Assembly (NCBI RefSeq): GCF_963506605.1
Contig: NC_083291.1
Span: forward strand, 21,142,001-21,206,000
Direction: 5' to 3'
Source of the DNA: Zootoca vivipara
Taxonomy: Eukaryota
DNA length: 64,000 bases
Positions within the stretch are counted from its first letter, which is position 1. Each line of letters starts with the position of its first letter. Position numbers and translations under genes: made by a program. Shown here one piece after another: positions 49,001 through 60,885 of this stretch. The notes below the pieces were generated by a model. It did no database searches, was not told the origin of the DNA, and saw only the letters and a program-made list of their open reading frames with translations.

Positions 49001-52000
49001 CAGCTGCTGGGTGATCTTGGGCTAGTCACGCTTCTCTGAAGTCTCTCAGCCCCACCCACCTCACAAAGTGTTTGTTGTTGGGGAGGAAGGGAAAGGAGAA
49101 TGTTAGCCGCTTTGAGACTCCTTCGGGTAGTAATAAAGCGGGAATCAAATCCAAACTCTTCTTCTTCTTCTACCATCCAACCATTTAGGGACTCCACTCT
49201 GGATTTGTGTAGGGTTTACTCCTTGGCCTTTTCTTCTCCTGAAGACATCCCACAAGGCAGTGGAGGTTTAGGATTAGAGCTTTCATTCTCCTAGATGGGC
49301 TGCCTTCCCAAGTTGACAAGTCCCATCATAGTTGGACTACAAGTTGCTCATTTGCATCTTTGTTTTGTATGCATAAGTTCTGTTTGGACTCTTGATCAGT
49401 AATGTGTTTGGTCCACAGGACTTAGCAATAACAGACATCTTGATCTCTTCTGCCTCCTGTTGCTAGAGGTGTGTAACTCAACAACATGAATTTTTGGCTA
49501 CTAATCTAGCAGTGATTGCGAACCTGGCCCTGAAGCAAGGTTGTAAATACAGTATCCAGAATTTTGCACCAAGATATCCCATATGTTATGGTCTTATATA
49601 GTTTCCATGACTTGCTTAATTTCTAAGTTGCGTGAATATTTCAGGCTTTTCCTGCTCATCCAATATGGGAATGACAATATTTATATCCTGCTTTCTGCTA
49701 AAAGAAGCATACAACACAAAACTATTCAATGCAATTGAGCAAAAGTACAACTAATAGCCAATTTCTAAAAGCAGTACCAAACAGCAACTCATACAGCAAA
49801 TAATTAAAAATAAAACAAAAACCTAACAGCAGCAGGGGTAAAAGATACTTAAACTGATGGTAGTAAATTAGGGTGTTACACATTAAAAGCCTGTCAGAAT
49901 AAAAGTTTATTCAGTTTTTGGTGAAATAATTTCATTTGGGAGAGTATTTCAGAGCTGCAGCACTACCACCAAAAAGGCCCTGTCTCTTGTTTGCTCACTA
50001 AATTTTCTAAGATGGCACTCCAAAGCAATGCCTCCAACATGCATCTTAATCAAGGTTCTGCCAACATGGGAACAAGCAGTGCATAAAGTTTTGATATAGC
50101 TTAGCTTAAAGGTAAAGGCGCCCCTGACCATCAGGTCCAGTCGTGTGTGACTCTGGGGTTGCGGTGCTCATCTTGCTCTATAGGCCGAGGGAGCCAGCAT
50201 TTGTCCGCAGACAGCTTCCGGGTCATGTGGCCAGCATGACAAAGCTGCTTCTGGCAAACCAGAGCAGCACGCGGAAACGCCGTTTACCTTCCCGCCGGAG
50301 CGGGAAAGCACTTTGATGTGCTTTCAAACTGCTAGGTGGGCAGGAGCAGGGACCGAGCAACGGGAGCTCACTCCGTTGCAGGGATTAGAATAGCTTAGCT
50401 TACATGGTAGTTATAAGGAATATTAACAAAATGTAAGTGAAATGCTTGGACATTTTGAAAAAGTGCTGTATAGATACCATGTGTTGGAGAGAGCAAAGCA
50501 CATAACAGCAAGGTTGGTTTTTATTTAAGAAAACTTGCACTCTTGAATTATTAAGTCAAGGCTGCTTTCTCCCTTGAGCACTGCCCCTTGACTCCTTTAC
50601 TTTTGAAGAAATGTAGTAAAAGAAAAGTAAATATTGCTTCAGTGTGCGCACGCTTTCATGTGGCGACAGTATTCTTCTTAATGAAGTAGTAAAGTTACAT
50701 TTATATTTTTTTAAAAAATGTGGCCCTGTCATACTTTCCAGTATTTATTGCTTGCTAAAAATATTTCTGACTTTAACGTTGTGTTCTAAACGGTTATAGG
50801 TATCTGCATTAGTGACAATGTATAGCCATGAAGAAGATATTGATAGTGCTATAGAGGTCTTGGCTCAAGCGATTGAATGGTATCAAGAATTTCAGGCAAG
50901 TAATAGTCCAATGAGATGCCAACAGATAAGCTGCCCAGTATTTTGTGTTAAAGTTGCTTTACATCCCTGACAAAATAGTAAAAATATATTCAGTACATCG
51001 TAGCTCTTTATAATGTAAACGGACATTTATAATCTGAATTTGCCAGCCAATTGTATTCATAAATGGTTTGTAACTGCTGCTGTGCTGCAAGAAATGAATT
51101 AAATAATTCAAGCTTCCCATGAGCCCCAAATCTCCACTGCAATGGAGAGGCTGCCTGTTGCCTCTCTGCATGATTGCCTGTTCTGGCCTTGTCTCTTTCC
51201 AATCCTTCACTGGAGCAGTTCTCCAATTTATCTGTCAGTAGATGTCATTTGAGTCATCTAACAGCTCCTGGTGCAGAGTCCATGGAATTAACTGGCCTCA
51301 AAGAGATGGATGCAAAAATTCAGGAGAGATCCCCTAGTGTGGGGTAGCTCTCACATTTACACATACTTAAGTCAAGATTTGCTTACATGCTAGGTGCACA
51401 TATACCAGCAGCGGCCTTCCCTGGCACCTGCAGTGCCCACCCCTCCTCTGAAATCAGAATTGAAAGAGGAGTTCTGTTGCAGCCATTAGAATAGGTGCAT
51501 TGTACATATGGTGCCTGTGACAGCTTCTTGGTTTGAAAATATGCTCAAGGCTCCAAAAGGTTAGCAGCTCCTGCTCTAAGTGTGAACCTCTTTGTGTGCA
51601 CAAGGTGAAATGTGCTTTCATGTTTAATTGAGAGGGGAAGTGTGCTGCGCCTCAGCTGTTTGGAAGTCTGCAAAAAAATTGTTCTGTAGTCGGTCCAGAA
51701 CTTTCCTGATTTATCCATATTTTCACAAAGGGAAAACTCGGTTACACACTGGAGTAGTTATAATCCCACAGCTGTTGAAAGCCAGTATTCTGAGCTTGAT
51801 AGTGTGATTGCAGTCTTGCAGCTCGTAACAGACAAATACACCATTGCAGTTGTATCCCAACAAAGTTGTCCTGTTCATGCAAGGACTTTCAATGGCTCAG
51901 TGGAACTTCTTGCCCTTCTGCGTGTTCCCATCTGATATGGAGGGTGGAGGAGGAACCCAGAACAGATTTGAGGGTGCACAGGGGGAATTTCTTGTATGAA

Positions 52001-53011
52001 TGAGAAATAGGGTTGCCAGACTCAATAGTGGACAGGACTTCTGTGCCTTTAATTGCCCTGCTCTCTTTTGAGTCTGGAAACCTTGAAACCAGCAGACCCT
52101 TTGCTTGGAAATTAAACAAAGGGTCTGCTGGTTTCTCTTTAAGGTTTCTAGACTCAAAAGAGAGCAGGGCAATTGAAGGCACAGAATTCCTGTCCACTAT
52201 TGAGTCTGGCAACCTTTGTTGGCTTCACACCCTGCTGTTAAGAGTCCCCTAAACTCTGATGGCTCCAAGTGTGAATCGGTCTCTTCAGCAGGTAAAAAAA
52301 GAGAGTCATCCCTCATGTCATTGTTTTAGTTGTTTTCAAACTTAACTTTAAGCAAACCTGTTTTTCACCCCCAGCCAAAGTCTCCAGTTCATTTGTCGTT
52401 AATTAGGGAAGCTGTCAACTTCAAGCTAAAACACGGACGGAAGAAGGAAGCCATCAGCGATCTAGAGGAGCTGTGGAAGTAAGTCTCTTCCTGAGAGCTA
52501 ATAAGTGAATTTTACTGCAAAAGACTCAGTGGCCCCACTAACGTTTGAAACAGAAGTTGACAGTTACTTCAGTAGTGTTAAAAATGTATTTATGCAGCAA
52601 ATGAGATAAGGCATATTAAAAATGGGTTGTGCCTGGTGTTACATGAACAGCATCCCACTTGTGCAGTGGGACTTACCCTTCCAATATACCTGAAGGCGCG
52701 TCTCCACCCCCACTGTTCGGCCTGGACATGTGAGGTCTAGCACCGAGGGCCTTCTGGTGGTTCCCTCACTGCAAGAAGCAAAGTTATAGGGAACCAGGCA
52801 GAAGGCCTTCTCGGTAGTGGCTCCTGCCCCTCCCCCCAATCAGATGTCAAAGGAATAAACAACTATCTGACGTTTAGAAGACATCTGAAGGCAGCCCTGT
52901 TTGGGGAAGTTTTTTTAATGACTGGTGTTTTAATGTATTTTTAATCTCTTGTTGGAAGCCGCCTAGAGTGGCTGAGGAAACCCAGCCAGATGGGTGGGGT
53001 ATAAGTAATAA

Positions 53012-53051
<40 letters not shown>

Positions 53052-56000
53052 CTCTACTCCCCCCACGTGCCCCCAAAATCTACTTCAGTGGGTCCCTCTG
53101 GAGAGTGTGCAGTGGGGGCTGCGTGAGAAAAAAGGGGGAAGTTTGTGGTGCCTCAACCTGTGCTTTGGACACACATTTTTCACCCTGCAATCCATTATAT
53201 ATATGTAGGCACACCTGGTCTTTGGCAAGCTATTGAAGTGAACGGGTGTTGCCACAATGAGCTGCTGGAACATCCACAGAGTGAGCAACCTCCCCACTCA
53301 TTAGATTCTCTTTTTGTCCCTTTCCCTTGATAGAGCTGCTCCTGCCACCCATCTCTAAGTTGCAGCTTTACCTGAGCCAGCATGCATCTTGAAAATACTC
53401 TTTGTGGCTCCTATGGAAGGTGGAGGCAGGGTGCTTCATTGGCTTGCTTATACTGTATGAGGTGTCCTTCCTGTGGTGTGCAACACTGGGCTGACTGCTC
53501 TCTTTAGAACAGGCTATAACTCTCGCACTTCTTTACTTTTGTAGGCAAAATCCAGATGATGTCCATACCCTGGCCCAGCTCATTTCTGCATACTCCCTGG
53601 TTGATGGTGAGAAAGCGAAAGTGTATCCTTCCTTGTGTGGCTGAGGGAGGCGAGACAAGGAGGCATTCTTTGACGACTTCCTCATATCAGAGTAATTGCT
53701 GCAGTGATGCTTTTCAAAGTTTCCAGCTTTTGGAGTATGGTGCCGTGTTCTCTGCCAAAGAAATCCTGAGTCTCTGGAATTCCCCTGTGCATGTTCTAAG
53801 ACTTTCACATCTCACCGACCTTTGTACATCACTGTTGTCTCATAGGGTGCATACAACACACACAACCAACTAGGAAGTTCAGGTACAGCTGGGTTGGTAG
53901 TCTTTCCTTTTAACTCCATGTTTTCATCAAGCAGAGATACAAAAACACTATTCTACTGTTTTGATCCCCAAATGCCAAGCACCTCTGTTCCTTTTAGAAG
54001 CTCAGGCTCTCATGGTCACTCTGCCCTTCCAGAAAGTAAAAAAGAAATTTGTTACCCCATTATATAATGTTCCCTTCCTATACAACAGAGAATTCTTCCC
54101 AGTCTCCTACCTTAGTTTCTCTCTGTCGTTATTGTACCCACTAAACTGACTTTGAGATCCTGAGAATGATTTTCTCTCTCTCTTATTTGCTTAATGTGTT
54201 CATATTGTTATTCCTTAACCCCTCCTTTACAATAGACTTAGCAAACACTTGCCTTCTTCGGACACAATGTCTCTGAAAGTAGATGTGGATGCTCTTGAAA
54301 ACTCGCATGGGGCTACATACATTCGGAAGAAAGGAGGGAAACCCACAGTTGAGAACCAGCAGAAAGAACAAGGGTAAAGAAGCTTTTTAAATAAACCTTG
54401 ACATCCTGAGTCAGTGTTAATATGAAGAAGTCCAGACCAAAATAGATTTTCTGTCTTCCAACTACAAACTATTTCTTTCTCCTGTACAAAGCCATTAGAT
54501 ATGCTCCCCTTGGCGTCCATTAGCTCTGTTCTTTCTGCTGCATCTCAAGCAGGCTCAGGTGTGATCATATGCTGTTGTCTTTTTTCAGCCAAGGTGATGT
54601 CAAGAAGAAGAAGAAGAAAAAGAAGGGTGAGTGTCTTGTTAGCTATGGCTGCCTTGCTGTTTGGAGTTCAAAAGTGCTTCTGGAGAAGTTGGCTAAAACT
54701 ATCTAAGCCAGGAGTGGAGAACCTTTGACCTTCCAGTTGTTGTTGGACTTCATCTCCCAGAAGGTTCAATTCCCAGCATCTCCAAGTAGGTCTGGGAAGG
54801 ACTTCTCTTGGAGACCTTAAAAGCAGCTGCTAGTCAGTGTAGACGGTAATGAACTAGTTACTGGATGGACCAGTTGTTCTGAACCGCAGGCCCAAAGAAA
54901 GGAGGGCTTGTGGGAGTGAGTGGTTGGGTGCAGGGATACCAAAGAAGGATGTCAAAACACCAGAGTGATCAATTCTAGTGCTTTATTAAAAAAGGTGTAG
55001 ACTTACAGCAGATCAGCCTGCTGGGTCTCCCAGCCTTTACAGACGAGGGATGGGCACTGCAGCCAGAAGATGTCTTGTCCGCACCCAAGCACACATTCAT
55101 TCATTCTTTATACACAAAGAAGCATATGGCACTTTGGCCAGGACTTTCCATCATTCCACCTGACCAGATAAGGGCATAGATAAGATTCCTCTTTCTGGAC
55201 TTAGAGCCCAGCACCCCACCCCACAAATAAGGATAGCATCAAAACAAACCAATTAGCCTATGTCAAAGCAAGTGAATATATGAAATCATTGCTACAACAA
55301 CTACCATTAATTTTGATGTTACCTTGACTACCAGGATGGCATTAGCAGAGCTTCTGGAACAGTCCACCTTTGGTTCAACACACCAAGGGACTAGCTCAGT
55401 ATAAGTCAGTTTCTTATGTGTCTGTTATTTATTAAAATATTTTAAATACATACTTTATTTATTAAAGTTAAATATTTATCAACTGCTCGTTATCTCTGCC
55501 CATTAGCAGCGCTGCCTAGGGCAGATAGGAGTTGGGAGTCCAACAGCATCTGCAGAGCCACAGGTTCCTCATCTAAACCCCGCTGTACTAGGGTGGAATT
55601 TTTTTAAAAAAACGACTCAAGAAGCTAAGTTCAAATTAAGTTGACTTTGAGCCAAAGTCAGGAAATTCCAGCAATCATGCGACATTAATGTTAGAGTCCT
55701 GGACTTCTTGTTTAGAGGCAGCATGCTTCTCAATACCAGTTGCAGGGATTAATAGCAGGGATGGGCTGTTGCCTTCATTTTCTGCACGCGAACTTCCCTA
55801 AAGCATTTTGCAGGCCACTGTCGGAGACAAAAATAGATGGATATTTTGGGGACTGATCTAGGAGCTTTTTTTCTAACACGAACGTTTTGAGTAGGTCTCC
55901 ATGCTCTTATGTGAAGTGGGTTCTCCACAGTATTTAAAGTCTAGGTATAGCTTGCTAATTGCAACAACCCAATTTTTGTTGCTGCAAGGAAAAGCTAAAG

Positions 56001-57595
56001 CATGTCAGTATAAAGGTATTTGTGGTTTGCGCACAGAGAGAGCGTTGTCTGTCTCCGACCATGGAGTGCTGTACAGCTTTGGCTAATAAGGTGTTTACCT
56101 GCAGTGTAGCTGTTCTTAAATCATGATGAGTCTCCCATGCTGAATACTCCTTAGTATTCAGAAAAGGAGTATTGTTGTTTTTTTAACCTACTCCTTAGGA
56201 AAACTGCCAAAGAACTATGACCCTAAAGTTGCTCCTGACCCTGAGCGCTGGCTTCCAATGCGGGAACGTTCCTACTATCGCGGGCGGAAGAAGGGCAAGA
56301 AGAAGGACCAGATTGGGAAAGGAACCCAAGGAGCAACAACAACAGCAGCTTCTTCTGAATTGTGAGTAACAGGAACCAGCCTTGCGAGCCTTGATTCTAG
56401 AGCCCTCTCAGTGTCCCAGGGCAAGTAACGTAATCAAAGAGAGCTACCCCCCTTGAAAGGAAGATCACTATTGCACACAATCTCCAGGAGTAGGTAGAGA
56501 ATGAGAGTGACAGTAAGGGAGTGGAGAAGGGGGCATCCCTGCCCTCTTTCTGCAGTTGCCATTCACAAAAGGCTTAAAGAACTGGCTTTTTGGAACTGGC
56601 ACTGATACTCGATGCAGGTTTTTTTTTAATTATTATTTTTAAATTTTGTAGCTCTCAGGGTGGTTCCCAGCATGAAAACACAAGATAAAACCACAAAATT
56701 CATAATAAAAACAAGAACAAAACAATAACGCCCCCCCCCAGACACATTTAAAAGGATATAGGATGATAGGCAGCCAAAGTCCTGGTTGAAGAGGAACGTT
56801 TTCACCTGGTGCCTAAAGGTGTATAATGAGGTTTAAAGACTGCCTCAAGGCAAATCTTAAAAAATGTAGTATAAACACTGACAACTGGGAAACACTGGCC
56901 TGCGAGCGCTCCAGTTGGAGAACAGCCTTTACCAAAGGTGTCATGGGCTTTGAAGACACTCGATCTCAGGACGCAAGGGAGAAACATGCTAAGAGGAAGG
57001 TGCGCTTGGCAAATCCACACCGTGCAGCCAATTGGAAGCCCTGTCAGACGTTCGGGTTCCAAAGAACATTCGCAAACCGGAACACTCACTTCCGGGTTTG
57101 CAGTGTTCGGGGGCCAAAATGTCTGAGTACCAAGGCATTCGGGATCCAAGGTCTAGCTAGCTAGCAGTGGCTCAATTCTGCCCACAGCTTATTGTGAAAA
57201 AAATGAAAAGAAAAAGCTAGAATTTATAAGCGGTGTTCTTCTCTGTAAAGGAATGAATTCTTCACTGCAAACAGTAATATAGGACATGTATGTGAGGGTC
57301 TGTATGTGAAATTTAACCAGTTTTGTTTTTGCTGCTGACAGCAGGACAGAAGATATACCGTACATCTAAGCTCTGTGTGATAATTAATCTTGTTTGTCTC
57401 TTCCTTGTCTACAGGGATGCTAGCAAGACTGCAAGTAGTCCACCTACATCCCCAAGGCCTGGCACCGTAACGGCAGTCCCATCTGCATCAACAAGCAACA
57501 TGATACCGCCAAGGCATCAAAAGCCTGTTGGCGCAGCTGCCACAAAGAAGAAACAGCAGCAGAAGAAAAAGAAAGGTGGGAAAGGAGGCTGGTGA
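31247..57595 (+). CDS. SRP72: Signal recognition particle 72 kDa subunit, complete, 19 exons, 681 aa
   Basis: Exons 31247-31379, 32844-32964, 34182-34305, 35674-35817, 43492-43603, 44652-44683, 46219-46343, 46442-46499, 46646-46777, 46931-47059, 47680-47752, 48499-48563, 50800-50895, 52375-52478, 53545-53622, 54236-54373, 54589-54626, 56199-56361, 57415-57595; total 2046 nt, in frame. Motifs LWSEVNR.GQNGDF.RALK, LYRLERYDDCLAVYRDLIRNSQDDYEEERKTNLSAV, RNA-binding KKKKKKGKLPKNYDPKVAPDPERWLPMRERSYYRG, C-terminus KKKKGGKGGW*. Confidence 0.97.
36020..36320 (+). mobile_element. Degenerate L1-like RT remnant
   Basis: Fragments encoding NYRPITL and ISLDAEKAF, with interruptions. Confidence 0.5.
36332..36671 (+). 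mobile_element. Sauria SINE
   Basis: GGGACGTGGGTGGCGCT head, B box, CCCTTTACCTTT tail. Confidence 0.9.
36978..37021. repeat. (CA)n microsatellite
   Basis: About 22 perfect units. Other microsatellites: (ACAT)n ~6517-6556, (CTA)n ~14634-14661, (ATT)n ~53012-53050. Confidence 0.95.
37298..37724 (+). repeat. 5' LTR
   Basis: Direct repeat of 42683-43109; AATAAA at 37655-37660. Confidence 0.97.
37767..38995 (+). CDS. Gag (coiled coil, retrotransposon capsid, CCHC knuckle); one frame break at the (CG)n run ~38680-38693
   Basis: ATG 37767; KFNGDPREYQGF, LTGAAREW, LRQGNMTVRAY, EPMQID. Zinc knuckle CFLCNSPQHLVRDC starts at 38747 in a frame offset by 2 nt; stop TAG 38993-38995. Confidence 0.85.
38860..42986 (+). 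CDS. Pol (protease, RT, RNase H, integrase, chromodomain, C-terminal extension), entered by -1 frameshift; three frame breaks at homopolymers
   Basis: LIDSGAS protease; KLDLRGAYN, MPFGL, FLDDILIY RT; ETDASD..DHKNL RNase H; HHCC, SMDFITDLP, SDRGRQF, QTNGQAERVN, GPF integrase; ILDSR..EYLMAW..NEWVP chromodomain. Breaks at C10 (39188-39197), G run ~40963-40971 and G run ~42134-42141. Confidence 0.9.
42683..43109 (+). repeat. 3' LTR
   Basis: Identical to the 5' LTR, preceded by the PPT. Confidence 0.97.
43986..44198. mobile_element. Tigger/pogo-like MITE
   Basis: TIRs CAGTGGTACCTCAGGTTACAAAC / GTTTGTAACCAGAGGTACCACTG, TA TSD. Confidence 0.85.
45031..45447. mobile_element. Tigger/pogo-like MITE with internal tandem repeats
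   Basis: Same TIRs as 12012-12348, TA TSD, one additional internal repeat unit. Confidence 0.87.
45808..46157. mobile_element. hAT-type MITE with internal inverted repeats
   Basis: TIR CATACCTACCAAGT / ACTTGGCAGCTATG; 8-bp TSD TATAACTG; repeated CCATTTTGGAACTGGGC and its reverse complement. Confidence 0.85.
47964..48097. other. Assembly gap (134 N) in SRP72 intron 11
   Basis: Run of N. The SRP72 reading frame is complete without it. Confidence 0.99.
48924..49171 (+). mobile_element. Squam3-like tRNA-derived SINE nested in an older repeat
   Basis: GCCAGTGTGGTGTAGTGGTTAAGAGC A box, GGGTTCG B box, (CTT)n tail, flanking ACCAT. Confidence 0.75.
50109..50389 (-). mobile_element. Sauria SINE, 5'-truncated
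   Basis: Consensus match; TSD ATAGCTTAGCTTA. Confidence 0.85.
50896..52374 (+). other. SRP72: GC-AG intron (SRP72 intron 13)
   Basis: Donor CAG|GCAAGT is the only choice that keeps the frame (96-nt exon). Confidence 0.85.
52009..52216. mobile_element. Near-perfect palindromic hAT-type MITE
   Basis: AGGGTTGCCAGACTCAATAGTGGACAGG..CCTGTCCACTATTGAGTCTGGCAACC; arms of ~95 bp. Confidence 0.8.
52672..53050 (+). mobile_element. L2 LINE 3' fragment, related to the element at 1538-3672
   Basis: Matches the end of ORF2 and the 3' UTR; (ATT)n tail. Shorter pieces at ~30610-30690 and ~31860-31970. Confidence 0.85.
53623..54235 (+). other. SRP72: U12-type (minor spliceosome) GT-AG intron (SRP72 intron 15)
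   Basis: 5' splice site GTATCCTT; branch site TTCCTTAAC at 54211-54219, 16 nt before the exon; frame preserved. Confidence 0.92.
54875..55381 (-). mobile_element. Possible solo LTR
   Basis: TGTT..AACA ends, reverse-strand AATAAA and TATAAAA; interrupts an older SINE-like repeat; TSD not clear. Confidence 0.35.
56826..57022 (+). mobile_element. RTE-clade LINE ORF C-terminal fragment
   Basis: RFKDCLKANLKKCSINTDNWETLACERSSWR, typical of RTE ORF2 C-termini. Confidence 0.75.
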
Positions 57596-57869
57596 TCATG
57601 GCAAGCAGGCTGTTTAAATTGAAATTGCCTGTCTTCCTTTTATTTCCTTTTTTTCCAATTGTGAATGCTGAGAGCAGAATAAAGGTCAAACAAAAAGCCG
57701 GGTGGATATGTGTCCTTTTGTTCTCCTTTTGAATTACATATATATATTTGTTCTCTGTAGTGATATTGGGGGCATTGCTACTCCTCAAACCAGTATATAT
57801 GCATGGTGGCATTGTCATTGTCTGGTCTGTTCATTCCAGGCTTTAAGGGAACTGTTTTCAGTCTTGCAT

Positions 57870-58432
57870 GGGTTGTCCTACATGAGGCCATCACTGAAGG
57901 GTGATCAGAAATTGCAGCTGGTGCAAAACTCTCATCAAGTGTGCACTTTATGGAACCGCAACACTAGTCTTACATAAACTACACTTGCTTCAAGAACAAT
58001 TCAGAGTGCTGGTTCTTACCTATAAAGCTCTAAATGGTTTGTGGCCAGGATACCTCTTCCTCCTGTATGAGCATGCCCAAAAATTATTACCCTCATCAGA
58101 GGCCCTGTTGTACGTACCACTATGAAGAGATGCTAGTTTGGTGGATACCTTAGGTGGGGTCTTTTCTGTACCATTGTGGAATTCCTCCCCTGGGAGGTCA
58201 GCTTGGCCCAGTCTTGCCTATTTTTTTAGGTGGGCTGTAAAAACTTGTTTTGTTCTGCCTGGCTTTTTGATGCATTTATAGTTCTGTGGATTTGTGTAAA
58301 TGATAGTCCTTTTCTGCTTTTAATTGGTGTTTTTGATACCGGTATGTATTGTTTGTACTTGCTCTATGTCGCCTTGGGGGGGCCTTGTGGGCAGAAAGGC
58401 AATGCATAAATACTTTTAATAAATAATAACAA
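57870..58432 (+). mobile_element. Old L2 3' remnant downstream of the SRP72 stop (probable 3' UTR)
   Basis: Degenerate KLQLVQN and FRVLVLTYKALNGL; ends in an AATAAATAA-rich tail. Confidence 0.65.
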
Positions 58433-59149
58433 CTAAGATTTTTCTCTTGGAGACCGAGGGTTGTTGTATCCATTAATCTACAGACAAAGCGAATAGTTTC
58501 CTTACTGTCTCAGTGCGTAGAAATGTCATGCTCAAGGTCTCCATCTGTAGGATCTGCAAGTAATTTATCATCGCTAGACTTGCTAGGAGAGAAAAATACT
58601 TTTACTTAGCAATGTAGCAATGTAGCAATGTAGCACTTTTCTCTTAGTTTAGCTTTCTGGACAGCTTTAGTGACCCTGATACTTAAATGGTGCAAACATC
58701 TCATATGCTCCATTTTATATTTTAACTGTTAATTTTTTAGGTTTGGGTTTATAAGCTCCTCCAAACACGTGTGCCAGTAATACTCTCATATATATAATTA
58801 TTTGCATCTTCCCCCACTGTAAGCTATCCAGAAAACTCCAGTTTTAGGATCACACATAAATGTCATAATCTCATTTTCTCAATTGTCAAATAATAAATTC
58901 TGCCACATACTACTTCTCAGTTGAGATGGAAACTTGTTGGATGTTACAAGAATATTTGAGACCAAAATTCAAAGAACTGTGAGGAACAAACTTCTTTTAG
59001 CTCTAATCTTTACCCTATCCATATTCACACAGGAACAATATTTTAAAGAAATATGTCCTAACTCTGTCGCCCTCAGTGTGTATCTTTGCCTTCTGTGAAT
59101 TTTTTAAATCAATTTCTATGCCACCTACTACATCCGTGTTCCTTTTCAT

Positions 59150-59645
59150 GCAAAACTAACAATGAATTTCAATAGGGACAAATGTAAAGTTCTACACTTG
59201 AGCAGGAATAGCCAGCTGCACAGATGTAAGATGGATTGCCATTAGTATATGTGAAAAGGATCTCAGGGTCCTAGTAGGCCACAGTAGTGTGATGCAGCAG
59301 CAAAAAAGCTAATGCTGTTCTTGCCTGCATCAACAGGAGTATAGTGTCCTGCTCTTATTCTACCTTGGTCTGACAACTCTTGGGGGTACTGTGTCCAATT
59401 TTGGGTGCCACAATTTCAGAAGGATATTGACAGGCTGGAATGTGTGCAGAGGAGGGTGACCAAGATGATCAAGGGTCTGGAAATCAAGCCTTTTGATACA
59501 GTTTGGCATGTTTAGCCTGGAAAAGGGGGGGGGGTCACATGGAAGATGGAGCATGCCTGTTTTCTCCTACTCTGGAGAGTAGGACCTGAACCAGTGGATT
59601 CAAGTTACAAGAAAAGAGTCCAGGTGAACATCAAGAAGAACTTTC
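59150..59645 (+). mobile_element. Degenerate CR1 LINE fragment
   Basis: [47 protein letters not shown]1-type 3' ends also on the minus strand at ~17611, 32537, 33572. Confidence 0.8.
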
Positions 59646-60539
59646 CCCAATATGTTATTCAAATTGGCACCCCTGTATGCCACCCTTGGATTCCACGACA
59701 GGTGCAAGAATTTTAGCTGGATAGCTCACTTGGTTAGCTGATCACACCAAGGTTGCAGGTTTGATCTCTGTAAGGGGACAGCTGCATATTCCTGCATTGC
59801 AGGGCGTTGGGCTATATCAGGGTTTCCCAAATTTGGGTCTCCCGCTGTTTTTGGACTACAAATCCCATCATCCCTGATCACTGATCCTGCTAGCTAGATA
59901 TGATGGGAGTTGAAGCCCCAAAATAGCTGGACACCTAAGTATGGGAAACCCTGGCCTGGAGCCTCAGTGTCCCTTCCAGCTCTAGGACTATGATTTCTGT
60001 GACATCGGGTTCCGCTGCCCCTGTAGAAACTGCCACCTGAGGCAGTCACCACCTTGCCACACGGGTGGGCCAGTCCATATTAATTTGGAAGGAAGTGAGC
60101 CTTCCCTCTGGCGCAGGGGTGCCCACTTGAATAAAAAATTTTTATTGATCACATGACACAATCACATGATATAGCACACACTATTTGAATGGCATTGCCC
60201 ATCGACTTTGGAGGGGGAGGCCCCCTCAATTTTTTTATTGGAGGGGGGGCAATGGGTCCTCAGCATCTAAGAGTTGGCTTCTATGCTCTGACGGACTAAA
60301 CTAGGGGCCAACTGCTATAAAATATTTGAGGAATCCAGCTCCCCCCCCCCACGCACCCCCTCAATATTGAGGGAGATTCCATTTCAAATGGGGGGGGTCA
60401 GGTGTGTGTGTGTGTGTGATGTGATCGATTATGCAAAGCGGGGCTTACCTCCCCCCCCCCATGGCCAGATTTAGGTTTGATGAGGCCCTAAGCTACTGAA
60501 GGTAATGGGGCCCTTTATATGTCCAGCTATCCTTTGTCA

Positions 60540-60885
60540 CCCAGGTGGCACCAGGTGGTTAAACCACTGAGCCTAGGGCTTCCTGATCAGAAGGTTGGCG
60601 GTTCGAATCCCTGTGACGCGGTGAGCTCCCATTGTTCAGTCCCAGCTCCTGCCAACCTAGCAGTTTGAAAGCACGTCAAAATGTGAGTAGATAAATAGGA
60701 ACCGCTACAGCGGGAAGGTAAACGGCGTTTCCATGTGCTGCTCTGGTTCGCCAGAAGCGGCTTTGTCATGCTGGCCACATGACCTGGAAGCTATACGCCG
60801 GCTCCCTCGGCCAATAATGCGAGATGAGCACGCAACCCCAGAGTCGGTCACGACTGGACCTAATGGTCAGGGGTACCTTTACCTA
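60540..60885 (+). mobile_element. Sauria SINE nested in a DNA-transposon-like repeat (~60462-61258)
   Basis: Consensus match; 12-bp TSD TATCCTTTGTCA (60528-60539, 60886-60897). Confidence 0.88.
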
